64,000 nt of DNA, taken from NCBI GenBank assembly GCA_963767005.1, contig CAVYCN010000006.1, forward strand, positions 96,001 through 160,000. Direction: 5' to 3'. The position numbers and the translations under genes were made by a program. Position 1 is the stretch's first letter. Each line of letters begins with the position of its first letter. The notes beneath the pieces are model-generated. The model did no database searches. It saw only the letters and a program-made list of their open reading frames with translations, and was not told the DNA's origin. This DNA comes from an uncultured Actinomycetes bacterium (lineage in GTDB: Bacteria; Actinomycetota; Thermoleophilia; UBA2241). This document shows positions 36,967-53,071 of the stretch, one piece after another.

Positions 36967-38121
36967 CGCGTCTTCTGCTCGGTGCCGGCGCGCCACATGA
37001 GGAAGGCGTGCACGAACGGGTCGAGCTCGCCGTCGAGCACCGCCTGGGTGTTGCCGGTCTCCTGGTCGGTGCGCAGGTCCTTGACCATCTGGTAGGGGTG
37101 CAGCACGTAGTTGCGGATCTGCGAGCCGAAGTTGACGTCGAGCTGCTGGCCGCGCTCGCGGGCCATCTCCTCGGCGCGCTTGCGCTCCTCGAGCTCGACT
37201 AGGCGCGACTTGAGCATCCGCATGGCGGTCGCCCGGTTGGAGATCTGCGAGCGCTCGTTCTGGCACTGCACGACGATGCCGGTCGGGATGTGCGTGATGC
37301 GCACCGCCGAGCTCGTCTTGTTGACGTGCTGGCCGCCGGCGCCGCTCGAGCGGTAGGTGTCGATCCGCAGATCGTCCTCGTCGATGTCGATCTCGACGTC
37401 GTCGGACACGAGCGGACTCACTTCGACCGCAGCGAAGCTCGTGTGGCGGCGGTTGGCCGAGTCGAACGGGCTCAGGCGCACCAGGCGGTGCACCCCCTTC
37501 TCGGAAGCGAGCAGGCCGTAGGCGTTCTCGCCCTCGACCGTGATCGTGGCGCTCGTGATGCCGGCCTCGCCGCCCTCCTGCACGTCGTTGACCTCGGCCT
37601 TGAAGCCGCGATTCTCGAACCAGCGCAGGTACATGCGCAGCAGCATCTGGGCCCAGTCCTGGGACTCGGTGCCGCCGGCGCCGGGGTGGATCGTGACGAT
37701 CGCGCCGCCCTCGTCGTAGCGGCCGCTGAAGAAGCGCTGCTCCTCGCGGCGGTCGAGCTCGCGCTCGAGGGCGCCGAGGCCGCGCGCCAGCTCGCCGAGG
37801 AGCTGCTCATCGACCTCGTCGCCGCCGAGCTCCTCGCGGGCGAGCTCCTCGGTGGCCTCGAGGTCGCCGTACTGGGCCTCGAGCGTGCCGAACTCCTCGA
37901 GGCGGCGCTTGAGGCGGCTGTACTGGGCCGAGGTGCGCTGCGCCGACTCGGCGTCGTCCCAGAAGTCGGCGGCCCGCATGCGCTCTTCGAGCGCGGCGAT
38001 GTCGGCGGTCAGCTGAGGGGGGTCAAAGATAGCTCCGCAGCCAGCTCAGGCGCTCGGAGGCGCCATGGAGCCGCTCGCGGAGCGAGTCGAGACGTTCGTA
38101 GGCTTCGGGGACGGTGCTCAT
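36963..38121 (-). CDS. prfB: Peptide chain release factor 2 with programmed +1 frameshift
   Basis: SPF and GGQ motifs; 32-codon first segment from ATG 38121 ends in GGAG-CTAT-CTT-TGA-C (CTT TGA at 38028-38023). Confidence 0.96.
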
Positions 38122-38155
38122 GACCTGGGGAGTATACCCTACCGGCGGAGGCCGG

Positions 38156-38863
38156 TTACGCCCCTTCGAGACGGAGCCCCAGAAGCGCGAGCGCCCGCTG
38201 CAGGTCGCCGTCCTGCGAGTCGATCGGGTCGGTGGCGATCCCGAACACCGGGCTTCTCCCCCCCATCGACTGCTGTTCGAACACGGCCCAGTTCTCGACG
38301 CCGTCGTCCAGTCTGGAACGGTAGTAGATGCCGGCGTAGGGCCGACCGTTCTCGTCGCGTTGCGTCGCTATGTAGCTGGATATCTCCTGCGTGAAGGCGC
38401 GCGGAGTCGACAGCCTGATTGTGGCTGCGTCCAAGTCGCGCAGGCCGTAGTGCACGACGCGGGCCGCCAGAGCAGTCCGCAGCTCAGACAGCGTCTCGGC
38501 GTCACCCACGACGACGAACCAGCCGCAGGCCTCGGTCATGACGCCCCTCGTGATGACTCGCCGGTGAAACCAGTCGCGTGGTACCACGCCGGGCGTCGCT
38601 GTAGTGCCAGAGGCCCTCGTGTCGGCCTCCTGGAGCGCGTACTCAGCCAGGATCCCCGGGTCGGGGCGGAAGTCGACGAGGGTCTCGAGAAAGCACCCGA
38701 GCCGTTGGCTGGACGCGTACAAGACACGGTAGCGCCCATTCGCATCGTCCCAGCGATGGTCGAAGGTGCCGTCGGCATAGGCCCAGTCAGGCCACGCCCA
38801 GGGGTCGGCAGCTCGGCCGACTCGATAGAGCTCCGCCTCGAGCGACTTCTTCGTGAGGCTCAT
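38156..38863 (-). CDS. RES-domain toxin (NAD-targeting family)
   Basis: LYRVG (R), RWDD..YRVLYAS, FLETL (E), IYYRSR (S) and ENWAVFE. Confidence 0.85.
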   Translation of the reverse strand: MSLTKKSLEAELYRVGRAADPWAWPDWAYADGTFDHRWDDANGRYRVLYASSQRLGCFLETLVDFRPDPGILAEYALQEADTRASGTTATPGVVPRDWFHRRVITRGVMTEACGWFVVVGDAETLSELRTALAARVVHYGLRDLDAATIRLSTPRAFTQEISSYIATQRDENGRPYAGIYYRSRLDDGVENWAVFEQQSMGGRSPVFGIATDPIDSQDGDLQRALALLGLRLEGA

Positions 38864-39249
38864 CCCAGGACGAAGAACGCCCGAGCGGCTCCCCGCACCT
38901 GCGGGCCGACCTCATCCAGATCGCCCTCGCGCAGCATGCGAGCCGGAGAGCGGTCGTCCAGCCGCTCGTTCAACCCCTGGAACCAGGCCTGTACGACGGC
39001 CGGAGAGTCCTCTTGGCACAGCATGCGGGCGATGGCAAAAGCCTCTCTGAGGCGACGCTCAGTCTTGGGATGCGGCGTCTGCTTGCCCTCGGCCCACAGG
39101 CGAACCGCTCGCGTCTCTCTGACCGAGCCGAGGTAGGCCACAAGCTGAGTGCCGAGCATGTCCCGCAGCTCTTTCGCCAACTCCGGGAAGGGCAGGCTGA
39201 CCGCTTCTTCGCTGGCGGAAAGGTCGGGGCGCTGTCGTGCGAGTGTCAC
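38860..39249 (-). CDS. Xre/MbcA/ParS-like antitoxin
   Basis: HTH-like region then VVQAWFQGLNERLDDRSPARML; ATGA overlap with the RES gene. Confidence 0.82.
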   Translation of the reverse strand: MTLARQRPDLSASEEAVSLPFPELAKELRDMLGTQLVAYLGSVRETRAVRLWAEGKQTPHPKTERRLREAFAIARMLCQEDSPAVVQAWFQGLNERLDDRSPARMLREGDLDEVGPQVRGAARAFFVLG

Positions 39250-39548
39250 CGAAAGTCACCTCCATACACAGTATCGGAAAGCATGCTTTATTACAGGAGA
39301 AAGTACAACCATACGTCCCCCCAGCCGCCTCCAGCGCAAACCTGCGCCGTCGACTCGATGAGAGCTCGTCACGGTTGCCGGCCCGATCGTCGAGCCGACC
39401 TGGGCGCCGTCACGGTGGAGGCCCTGGACTCGGCCGGCCACCTCGGCGGTCGTCAGGTTCTGAGCGAAGGGGGTAACCTCCGACGCTCGCCGCCAGCCAA
39501 GTGTCGACGGTCGACGGAGCTTGAACCGGGCAGGCTAGCTCGCCCGGT

Positions 39549-42221
<2,673 letters not shown>

Positions 42222-42364
42222 GGGTTGCTCGACTCTCCTGATCGGTGATGCTCGCGCTCTGCTGTTCAGATTACCCTATCGCGCCGCGAGCGGCGCGAAC
42301 GTGACCCCGGCGTCCCCCGGTGAGCTTCTGCGCCGCCCCCGCCGTCCCTTTTGCCCGGGCGCGC

Positions 42365-43009
42365 CTACTGCCGGGCCGGCTCGATCAGGCCGTAGTGACC
42401 GTCGTTGCGGCGGTAGACGACGTTGGTGTCGTTGGTCTCGGCGTTCGTGAAGACGAAGAAGCTGTGCCCGATGAGCTCGAGCTGCAGCGTGGCCTCGTCG
42501 ACCGACATCGGCTTGAGGGCGAACTGCTTGCTCTTCACGACCCGCGGCTCGTCGTGGTTGTGGTCGCCGCCGGCGGCCGTCTCCGGTCCGCCGACCGCGG
42601 CCGGCTCGGTCGCGGCCGGCGCCTCGTCGTCGTCGCCGGCCGCGGCGGCCTCGGCCGCGACTGCGATCCCCCTGGGTGCCGCATGGCGCAGGGCCTTGTG
42701 CTGGATCTTGTCGTGGTACTTCTTGGCCTGTCGCTGAAGCTTCTCGGTCACGAGATCGATCGAGGCGTACATGTCGGGCGACGATTCCCGCGCCCGCATG
42801 ACGGGACCGCGCGTGAAGACGGTCGCCTCGGCGATCTGCGAGTCGACGTTGGCGTGGCCCTTCTCGACGAGGAGCTCGAGCTCCACGCGCGTGACCTCGT
42901 CGATGTGACGCTCGCTGAGCACACGATGGAGCTTGGCGAGCTTCTCTTCGGCGTAGTCCCGCAGCGGTTCGCTGACGGCCACGTGACGACCTTTGACCTG
43001 GATCTTCAT
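42365..43009 (-). CDS. hpf: Ribosome hibernation promoting factor (long HPF)
   Basis: MKIQVKGRH..DMYASID..KPMSVDEA..VVYRRNDGHYGLIE. Confidence 0.93.
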   Translation of the reverse strand: MKIQVKGRHVAVSEPLRDYAEEKLAKLHRVLSERHIDEVTRVELELLVEKGHANVDSQIAEATVFTRGPVMRARESSPDMYASIDLVTEKLQRQAKKYHDKIQHKALRHAAPRGIAVAAEAAAAGDDDEAPAATEPAAVGGPETAAGGDHNHDEPRVVKSKQFALKPMSVDEATLQLELIGHSFFVFTNAETNDTNVVYRRNDGHYGLIEPARQ

Positions 43010-43842
43010 GAAGGCGGCTCCTTTGGTGCCGACGATCGACTGCGTCGTCGCCGCTCAGGCAGGGCGACTCCGCTACGCGCCTGGTCCGGCGATCCGAAGC
43101 GGTCTCCGAACGAAAAAGCGCGGGCTGCGCGCGCAAACGTGAACGCATGCGGCTCGCAACCCGCGTGTCTCAAAGCGGTGGCACACGCGTGCAGTGTCTC
43201 ACCCGTCGTGTAGACGTCGTCAACCACTAACACGGCACTCACTGTACCCGCTTTATCGGCCGATTTCTCGCGCAACCTGAACGCGCCGCGCACGTTGTCG
43301 GCGCGCGCGGCCGCGGCCAGGCCGCTCTGCCGGCGCCCGCGCTGCGCGCGCTCGAGCAGCGGCACGAAGGGCAGGCCGGCGGCGGCCGCGAGGCGGCGCC
43401 CGAGCAGCGCTGCCTGGTCGAAGCCGCGCTCGAGGTCGCGTTCGCGATGCACCGGCACGCAGGTGACGAGGTCGACGCCGCCGACCCCGCCGAGCGCCGC
43501 CACCATCCCGACAAACGACGGTTCGGCGAGCGCCGCCATCTCGGCGGCGAGCGGCCGCAGCGCGCGGAACTTGCAGGCGGTGACCAGACGGCGCGCCGGA
43601 CCTTCGTAGAAGAAGGCGGCGCGCGCCGACGCGAAGGCCAGCCGGCGGCCACGGCACTCGCGGCAATCGGGTCGCGACCGCGTGAGCGGCGCCCCGCACC
43701 GCTCGCAGACGGTGGCCGGGAGCGGCACGAGCGCGGCCCGGCAGGTGTCGCACAGCCAGCAGCCGGCGCGCCCGCAGCCCACGCAGCGCCGTGGCAGGAA
43801 GAGGTCGGCGGCCGCGTCGGCGACGCGGCCGAGGGTGGTCAC
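43006..43842 (-). CDS. ComF family protein (zinc ribbon + PRTase-like domain)
   Basis: CVGC..CDTC..CERC..CREC, RGFDQA and VDDVYTTGET. Confidence 0.9.
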   Translation of the reverse strand: MTTLGRVADAAADLFLPRRCVGCGRAGCWLCDTCRAALVPLPATVCERCGAPLTRSRPDCRECRGRRLAFASARAAFFYEGPARRLVTACKFRALRPLAAEMAALAEPSFVGMVAALGGVGGVDLVTCVPVHRERDLERGFDQAALLGRRLAAAAGLPFVPLLERAQRGRRQSGLAAAARADNVRGAFRLREKSADKAGTVSAVLVVDDVYTTGETLHACATALRHAGCEPHAFTFARAARAFSFGDRFGSPDQARSGVALPERRRRSRSSAPKEPPS

Positions 43843-44980
43843 GTGGGCGTGTCTGGGGCGGTCGCCGGGCCGACGATCGTCTGCGGCCCGAGACGCGCGT
43901 CGGCCTTGACCACGGCGCCCTCGGCGACGTCGCTGCCGTCGCCGATCACCGCGCCCTGGTGCACCACGGCGTCGTCGCCGATCGCGACGTCGCGCCCCAC
44001 GATGCTGCCGGCCAGTGACGCCCGGCGGCCGGTCGCGGTGCCGTTCCAGTGGATCACGCCTTCGAGCACGGCGCCGTGGCCGATCGTGCAGCGGTCGCCG
44101 ATCACGAGCGGGCCGACGAGACGCGCGCCCGCGGCCACTCGGCAGCCGTCGCCGATCAGTACGGGCGGCACGATCTCGACGTCGTCGGCCACCTCGCTGC
44201 CCTCGCCGACCCACACGCCGAGGCGCAGCTCGCGGCCCGGCACGGTGACGGCGACGCGCCCGGCCAGGGCATCGAAGTTGCCGCGCCGGTACTCGCGCAG
44301 GCTGCCGACGTCGTTCCAGTACGTCTCGAGCGGCCACACGAAGAACGGCAGCCCGGCGGCGAGCAGCGCCGGGAACACGTCTTTGGCGTAGTCGCAGAAG
44401 CGCCCCGCCGGGATGAAGTCGAAGATCGCCGGCTCGAACGCATAGATACCGCAGTTGCACAGATGCGAGAGGGCCTCGGCCTTGGACGGCTTCTCCTGGA
44501 AGCCCGTCACGCGGCGCTGCTCGTCGTGCACGACGACGCCGTAGTGCGACGGGTCGTCGACCTCTTTGACGGCGATCGTGGCGATGCCGCCGTGGGCGCG
44601 ATGAGCCGCTACGAAGGCCGAGATGTCGACGTCGGTGAGGGCGTCGCCGCTCACCACGACGAAGGTGCCGTCGGCGAGCAGGCGGCGAAAGCCGCCGGTA
44701 CCGCCGGCCGTGCCCATGAGCGTCTCTTCGAACCGGTAATGGGCCTTCAGGCCGAACGAACGCCCGTCGCCGAAGTAGCCGCGGATGTCGTCGGCGTAGT
44801 GGTGCAGGTTGACGCAGACCTCGGTCACGCCGTGGCGCGCCAGCAGGCGCAGGATGTGCTCGAGCACCGGCCGGTTGACGATCGGCGCCATCGGCTTGGC
44901 GGTGCGGTCGGTGAGCGGCGCCAGGCGCGTGCCCAGGCCGGCCGCCATGATGTGCGCGCGAGGCGCGCCGTCGCGCGTGG

Positions 44981-44993
<13 letters not shown>
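43839..44993 (-). CDS. NDP-sugar pyrophosphorylase (mannose-1-phosphate guanylyltransferase-like)
   Basis: AAGLGTRLAPLT..KPM, GTAGG, EKP; hexapeptide-repeat tail. Confidence 0.9.
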
Positions 44994-47950
<2,957 letters not shown>

Positions 47951-47973
47951 CGCGGCCTGAGCGCGCCGCGCCG

Positions 47974-49077
47974 TCAGGACGCCGGCGCGCCGGCCGCGCC
48001 GGCGAGCCGCGCCTTGAAGTCTTCGATCGCCGTGACGGGCGCCGGGTCGACGCCGTAGAGCACGGCCAGGTACAGCGACGCGAAGTCGCCCACGTAGGCG
48101 CTCGACAGCACGCGCGCAAGCGGCAGCACGCCACGCGCGGCGACACGCACCACGCCGGCGACCGACCGCCCCGCGACCGCCGCGGTGAAGGTCAGGCGCC
48201 GCCGCAGGCGCTCGTCGCCGGCGGGGTCGTCGAGCAGCACCAGCACGACGCTGCCGGCGACCGCCTGGTTGGTGGCAAATCCGGCGATCTCGTTGTGGTC
48301 GAGCTCGGGCAGCTCGTTGAAGAAGGCGGGCGTCTTGGCGTTCTCGTTCAACTGGCCCTTCCAGCGGCGCGCCGCCGGCGCCGTGACGCCGGCGCCGTAG
48401 ACCACCGGCAGGCGGCCGAGCAGGCGGCGCGCCACGCGCTTGGCCTCGTTGTCGGCCTCATCGACGTCGGGGACGAGGCCGGCCGCGAGGTCGGCCGTGA
48501 CCTCGATCGCCTCGGCGACCTGCTCGTCGAAGCCCGGCGCGAGGCCGGCGGCCTCGAGGCAGGCCCCGACCGGCGTCGCCAGGTAGCCGATCGAGGCGCG
48601 CGGCTGCAGGCCGGCGGGCACGCTCACGAGCGGCAGGCCGTGCTGGGCCGCAAGCTCGGCGAGGCGGCCGCCGGCCGCCACGCAGACCGGGTGGCAGCCG
48701 CGCGGCAGCGCGCGCGCCACGCAGGCCAGGGTCTCCTCGGTGTTGCCGGAGTAGCTCACCGCGACGACGAGCGTGCGCTCGGTGACCCAGGCGGGCAGCT
48801 CGTAGCCGCGCACCACCTGGTAGGGCACCGGCAGGGTCAGACAGGCGCCGACCACGTCGGCGCCGATCGCCGAGCCGCCCATGCCGCAGACCACGACGCC
48901 GTCGGGCGTCGCGGCCGGCAGCTTGCCGGTGAGCGCCGCCACGGCCCGCGTGTAGCCGGCCTCGAGCTGCCGCGGCAGGCTCACGACGGCGGCGACCTGG
49001 TCGCCGACATCGACCGCGGCGACGCGCGCCAGGCTCAGCTCCAGGCCGTCCGCGCCGCCGTCGATGCCGGTGCTCAC
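47974..49077 (-). CDS. Bifunctional phosphoglucose/phosphomannose isomerase
   Basis: GMGGSAIG, SYSGNTEET, QPRA, WKGQLNENAK and PELDHNE. Confidence 0.93.
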   Translation of the reverse strand: MSTGIDGGADGLELSLARVAAVDVGDQVAAVVSLPRQLEAGYTRAVAALTGKLPAATPDGVVVCGMGGSAIGADVVGACLTLPVPYQVVRGYELPAWVTERTLVVAVSYSGNTEETLACVARALPRGCHPVCVAAGGRLAELAAQHGLPLVSVPAGLQPRASIGYLATPVGACLEAAGLAPGFDEQVAEAIEVTADLAAGLVPDVDEADNEAKRVARRLLGRLPVVYGAGVTAPAARRWKGQLNENAKTPAFFNELPELDHNEIAGFATNQAVAGSVVLVLLDDPAGDERLRRRLTFTAAVAGRSVAGVVRVAARGVLPLARVLSSAYVGDFASLYLAVLYGVDPAPVTAIEDFKARLAGAAGAPAS

Positions 49078-50426
49078 GCGGCCCCCTGCCTGATCACAGC
49101 GAGCACGAGGTCGCGCTTGTCCTCCATCTGCGCTTTGCTCGTCGCCCCCAGGTTGAGCCGCAGCAGCGGCTCGGTGTTCGAGGGCCGCACGTTGAAATGC
49201 CAGTCCGGATAGTCGACCGAGACGCCGTCGAGGTGACCGATCTCGCCGTCGGCGAAGCGCTGCTCGATGCGCGCCAGGGCGGCCGCTACGTCGTCGACCC
49301 GCGAGTTGATCTCGCCCGAGATGAAGTAGCGCGAGCGCAGCGGCTCGAGCAGCTCGGCCATGGTCGCCTGCTTGCGGGAGAGCAGGTCGAGGATCAGCAG
49401 CGCCGGGATGAAGCCGGAGTCGGCGTTGTGGTTGACCTGGAAGTAGTAGTGGCCCGAGACCTCGCCGCCGAAGAGCACGGTCTCGCGCCGCATGCGCTGC
49501 TTGAAGAAGGCGTGACCGACGCGGTTCAGGAGCGCGACGCCGCCGTTTGCGACGATCGTGTCGGGCACGGCCCGGCTGGCGCGCAGGTCGTAGAGGATCC
49601 GGGCACCGGGGTGGCTGACGAGGAGCGCCTCGGCGAGCAGCGCCGTGACGAAGTCGCCCGGCACGAAGGCGCCGGTCTCGTCGATGAAGAAGCAGCGGTC
49701 GGCATCGCCGTCCCAGGCGATCCCCAGGTCGGCCTTCTCGGCCGTCACCCGCTCGCGCAGCTCGCGGCTGTTCTCTTCGAGCAGGGGGTTGGGCTCGTGG
49801 TTGGGGAAGCTGCCGTCGACCTCGAAGTAGAGCTCGGTCCGCCTGATGTCGGTCTGGTCGAAGACGAGCGGGGCGAGCTTGCCGGCGGCACCGTTGGCCG
49901 CATCCATGACCACGCGGTAGGGCCGCAGGCTGCGCGCGTCGACCTGCGACAGCAGGTGGCGCACGTAGTCGGGATAGAGGTCGTCGGTGCTCACGTGCGG
50001 CATGCCGGCCGGCGGCACCGGATCGAGCTCGAGCGCGCGGCGCTTGAGCTCGGGGATGCCGGCGTCGCCCGACAGCGGCAGGGCACCCTCGCCGACCAGC
50101 TTCATGCCGTTGTACTGGGGCGGGTTGTGCGAGGCGGTGACGGCGGCGCCGCCGTCGAGGCCGCGGTCGGCCACGCCGAAGTAGAGCATCTCGGTCGGGG
50201 TCATGCCGAAGCTCGTAACGGCCGCGCCGGCCGACTCGGCGCCCACGGCGAAGGCCGCGGCCAGCTCGGGCGACGACAGCCGCGGGTCGTGGGCGACGGC
50301 CAGGCGGCGCGCGCCGAGCTGGGCGGCCAGGGCCGCCCCGATGCGGCGCGCGCCCTCGGCGTCGAGCTCCTGCGGATACAGGCCCCGTATGTCGTAGGCC
50401 TTGAACGCATCGGGCGAGACAGTCAT
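49074..50426 (-). CDS. Phosphomannomutase/phosphoglucomutase
   Basis: FKAYDIRG, TASHNP, DGDADR, GEVSGH and RPSNTEP. Confidence 0.95.
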   Translation of the reverse strand: MTVSPDAFKAYDIRGLYPQELDAEGARRIGAALAAQLGARRLAVAHDPRLSSPELAAAFAVGAESAGAAVTSFGMTPTEMLYFGVADRGLDGGAAVTASHNPPQYNGMKLVGEGALPLSGDAGIPELKRRALELDPVPPAGMPHVSTDDLYPDYVRHLLSQVDARSLRPYRVVMDAANGAAGKLAPLVFDQTDIRRTELYFEVDGSFPNHEPNPLLEENSRELRERVTAEKADLGIAWDGDADRCFFIDETGAFVPGDFVTALLAEALLVSHPGARILYDLRASRAVPDTIVANGGVALLNRVGHAFFKQRMRRETVLFGGEVSGHYYFQVNHNADSGFIPALLILDLLSRKQATMAELLEPLRSRYFISGEINSRVDDVAAALARIEQRFADGEIGHLDGVSVDYPDWHFNVRPSNTEPLLRLNLGATSKAQMEDKRDLVLAVIRQGAA

Positions 50427-51586
50427 CGGCCCTCCACCCCGTCGAATTCGCGGAACGTCACGGCGCCGTCGGCCAGCACCGTGTCGGGAAACAGGCTGCA
50501 GCCGTTGGCGATCACATTGTCGGCCCCGATGCGACAACCCTCACCGATCACGGCGTTCACGACGTGCGTGTCGGCGCCCAGCGAGGCGCCGCTCACTACG
50601 ATGCTGCGCTCGACCGTGCAGCGCGCGCCGACCGCGACGCTGTCCTGCACGACCGACTCGCGCACCTCGGCGCCCGCAGCCAGCGTGCAGCCGGCGCCCA
50701 CCACGGCGAGCGGCCCGACGCGGCTGCCGGGGGCGAGGGTCGTGCCGGCCCCGACGTGCGCCGGCGGCACGACCCTCGCCCCCGGCGCGACGACCGCGTC
50801 GGGCGCCACGTACAGATACGACGAGCCCACGTCGCTCGCCACGCTCGTCGCGATCGTGCTCTGCAGCAGGTCGAAGTGGGCCTGCAGGTAGCTGTCGGGC
50901 GTGCCGATGTCGCGCCAGTAGGCGTCGGACACGAAGGCGTAGAGCCGCCCTTCGGCAGCGAGCTGCGGGAACACGCCGCGCTCGATCGAGACCTGCTGTC
51001 CGGGCGGGATCAGGTCGAGGACGTCGGCCTCGAGCAGGTAGACGCCGGCGTTGATCAGCGCGCCGTGCGGCGGGATCCGGTAGTCGGCGCCGGGCTTTTC
51101 GACGAACGCCTCGACGCGACCCCGGTCGTCGATCTCGACGAGGCCGTACCGGCGCGGGTCGTCGACCCTGGTGAGCAGGATGGTGGCACGCGCGTCGCGC
51201 TCCCTGTGGAACGTCTGCATGGCGGTCAGGTCGACGTCGGTCAGGACGTCGCCGTTGAAGGCGAAGAGGCTGCCGCCGTCGAGCTCGGCCTCGGCGTTCT
51301 TGATGGCGCCGGCGGTGCCGAGCGGCTGCTGCTCGATGACGTAGCTCACGGCCAGGCCGTAGTGACGACCGTCGCCGATCGCGCCGCGCAGCGCGTCGGC
51401 GAGGTAGCCCGCCGAGAAGACCGCGCGACTCACGGAGTGGCGCGCGAGGTTCTCGAGGATGTAGCCCACGAACGGCCGCCCGACGAGCGGCACGACCGGC
51501 TTGGGCACGCGCGAGGTGATCGGCCGCAGCCGCGTGCCCTCACCGCCGACCAGGACCACCGCCTGAGCGCACGATGTGCCGGCCAT
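50423..51586 (-). CDS. NDP-sugar pyrophosphorylase (mannose-1-phosphate guanylyltransferase-like), second paralog
   Basis: LVGGEGTRLRP..PKP, GTAGAI, NGD and WRDIGTP; hexapeptide-repeat tail. Confidence 0.9.
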   Translation of the reverse strand: MAGTSCAQAVVLVGGEGTRLRPITSRVPKPVVPLVGRPFVGYILENLARHSVSRAVFSAGYLADALRGAIGDGRHYGLAVSYVIEQQPLGTAGAIKNAEAELDGGSLFAFNGDVLTDVDLTAMQTFHRERDARATILLTRVDDPRRYGLVEIDDRGRVEAFVEKPGADYRIPPHGALINAGVYLLEADVLDLIPPGQQVSIERGVFPQLAAEGRLYAFVSDAYWRDIGTPDSYLQAHFDLLQSTIATSVASDVGSSYLYVAPDAVVAPGARVVPPAHVGAGTTLAPGSRVGPLAVVGAGCTLAAGAEVRESVVQDSVAVGARCTVERSIVVSGASLGADTHVVNAVIGEGCRIGADNVIANGCSLFPDTVLADGAVTFREFDGVEGR

Positions 51587-51590
51587 CCGC

Positions 51591-52928
51591 CTACCTGACG
51601 TCGTCGGACGCGACGGGCTCGCCCGTGGCCTGATCGGCCGTGCCGATGCCCGTGAACACGAGACCGGCGGCGGCGACCCGCGCGGCGTCGAGCACGTTGC
51701 GGCCGTCGATCACGTGGCGGCCGCGCATGCGCTCGCGCACGGCCGGCCAGTCGAGCGCGACGAGCTCGGGCCACTCGGTCACGAGCACGGCGGCGTCGGC
51801 GCCCTCGAGCGCTTCGAGCGCCGTCGTTGCGATCTCGATGCCGGGGAACAGGTCGTCGTGCGTGCCGGGCGGCACCATGGGGTCGTAGGCCGACACGCGC
51901 GCGCCCTCGTCGCGCAGCCGCGCGGCCAGCACGATCGAGGCGGCCTCGCGCATGTCGTCGGTGTGCGGCTTGAAGGTGAGGCCGAGGAGGGCGATGTGGC
52001 GGCCGCGCAGCGCCCCGAGGCGCTCCTTGAGCTTGCCCACCACACGGCGCTTCTGCAGGTGGTTGACCTCGATCACGGCGTTCAGGAGCTGGAAGTGGTA
52101 ACCCGAGTTGCCGGCGAGCTGCTTGAGCGCCTGCACGTCCTTGGGAAAGCACGAGCCGCCGTAGCCGATGCCGGCCTGCAGGAAGTGGGGTCCGATGCGG
52201 TGGTCGAGGCCCATGCCGTCGGCCACGGCGCGCACGTCGGCGCCGACCGCCTCGCAGACGTTGGCGATCTCGTTGATGAACGAGATCTTGGTGGCGAGGA
52301 ACGCGTTCGAGGCGTACTTGATCATCTCGGCGGTGGGCACCGTGGTGCGCACCACCGTCGTCTCGATGGCAGAGAAGAGGGCGGCGACCTCGTCGCCGTC
52401 GGCCGCGCGGTAGGCGCCGATCACGATGCGGTCGGGGTGCAGCACGTCGTCGACCGCGGCGCCCTCGCGCAGGAACTCGGGGTTGGAGACATAGCCGACG
52501 CCGGCGGCGCCGGCGGCTTCGAGCTCGGCGGTGATGCGGTCGCCCGTGCCGACCGGCACCGTGCTCTTCATGACGAGCAGGCGCTCGCCGTCGTGACGGG
52601 CGATCTCGCGCACGACGCTCCGCACGCGCGACAGGTCGGCGTCGCCGCTCGGCGACGGCGGCGTGTCGACCGCGACGAACAGCACGCGCGCCTCGCGACA
52701 GAGCTCGTCGTAGGACGTCGTGAACGAGAGGCGCTCGGCGGCGCCGGCCATGAGCTGCTCGAGCCCGGGCTCGTAGATCGGCACACCGCCGCCCTTGAGC
52801 GCCGCGACCTTGGCCTCGTCGACGTCGAGACAGACGACGCGGTGGCCGAGGTGCGCGATGCACACGGCGGTCACCAGGCCGACGTACCCGACACCGATGA
52901 CCCCGACGGGTCGCTCTGTCTGAGGCAC
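51591..52928 (-). CDS. ugd: UDP-glucose/GDP-mannose 6-dehydrogenase
   Basis: GVGYVG, KSTVP, NPEFLREG and GYGGSCFPKD. Confidence 0.93.
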   Translation of the reverse strand: MPQTERPVGVIGVGYVGLVTAVCIAHLGHRVVCLDVDEAKVAALKGGGVPIYEPGLEQLMAGAAERLSFTTSYDELCREARVLFVAVDTPPSPSGDADLSRVRSVVREIARHDGERLLVMKSTVPVGTGDRITAELEAAGAAGVGYVSNPEFLREGAAVDDVLHPDRIVIGAYRAADGDEVAALFSAIETTVVRTTVPTAEMIKYASNAFLATKISFINEIANVCEAVGADVRAVADGMGLDHRIGPHFLQAGIGYGGSCFPKDVQALKQLAGNSGYHFQLLNAVIEVNHLQKRRVVGKLKERLGALRGRHIALLGLTFKPHTDDMREAASIVLAARLRDEGARVSAYDPMVPPGTHDDLFPGIEIATTALEALEGADAAVLVTEWPELVALDWPAVRERMRGRHVIDGRNVLDAARVAAAGLVFTGIGTADQATGEPVASDDVR

Positions 52929-53071
52929 GGTCCTCCCTGCTCGCTCGCGCTGGCGGGCGCCTACTCCACCGATCGACTCCGTCGTCGGCCCTCAGCCTGG
53001 CGCGCCTCCGGAGCGCGGCTAGTCTACCATAGGGCCCGGAGCCTGAAGCCATGCGGGCCAGGCGCGCCGGC

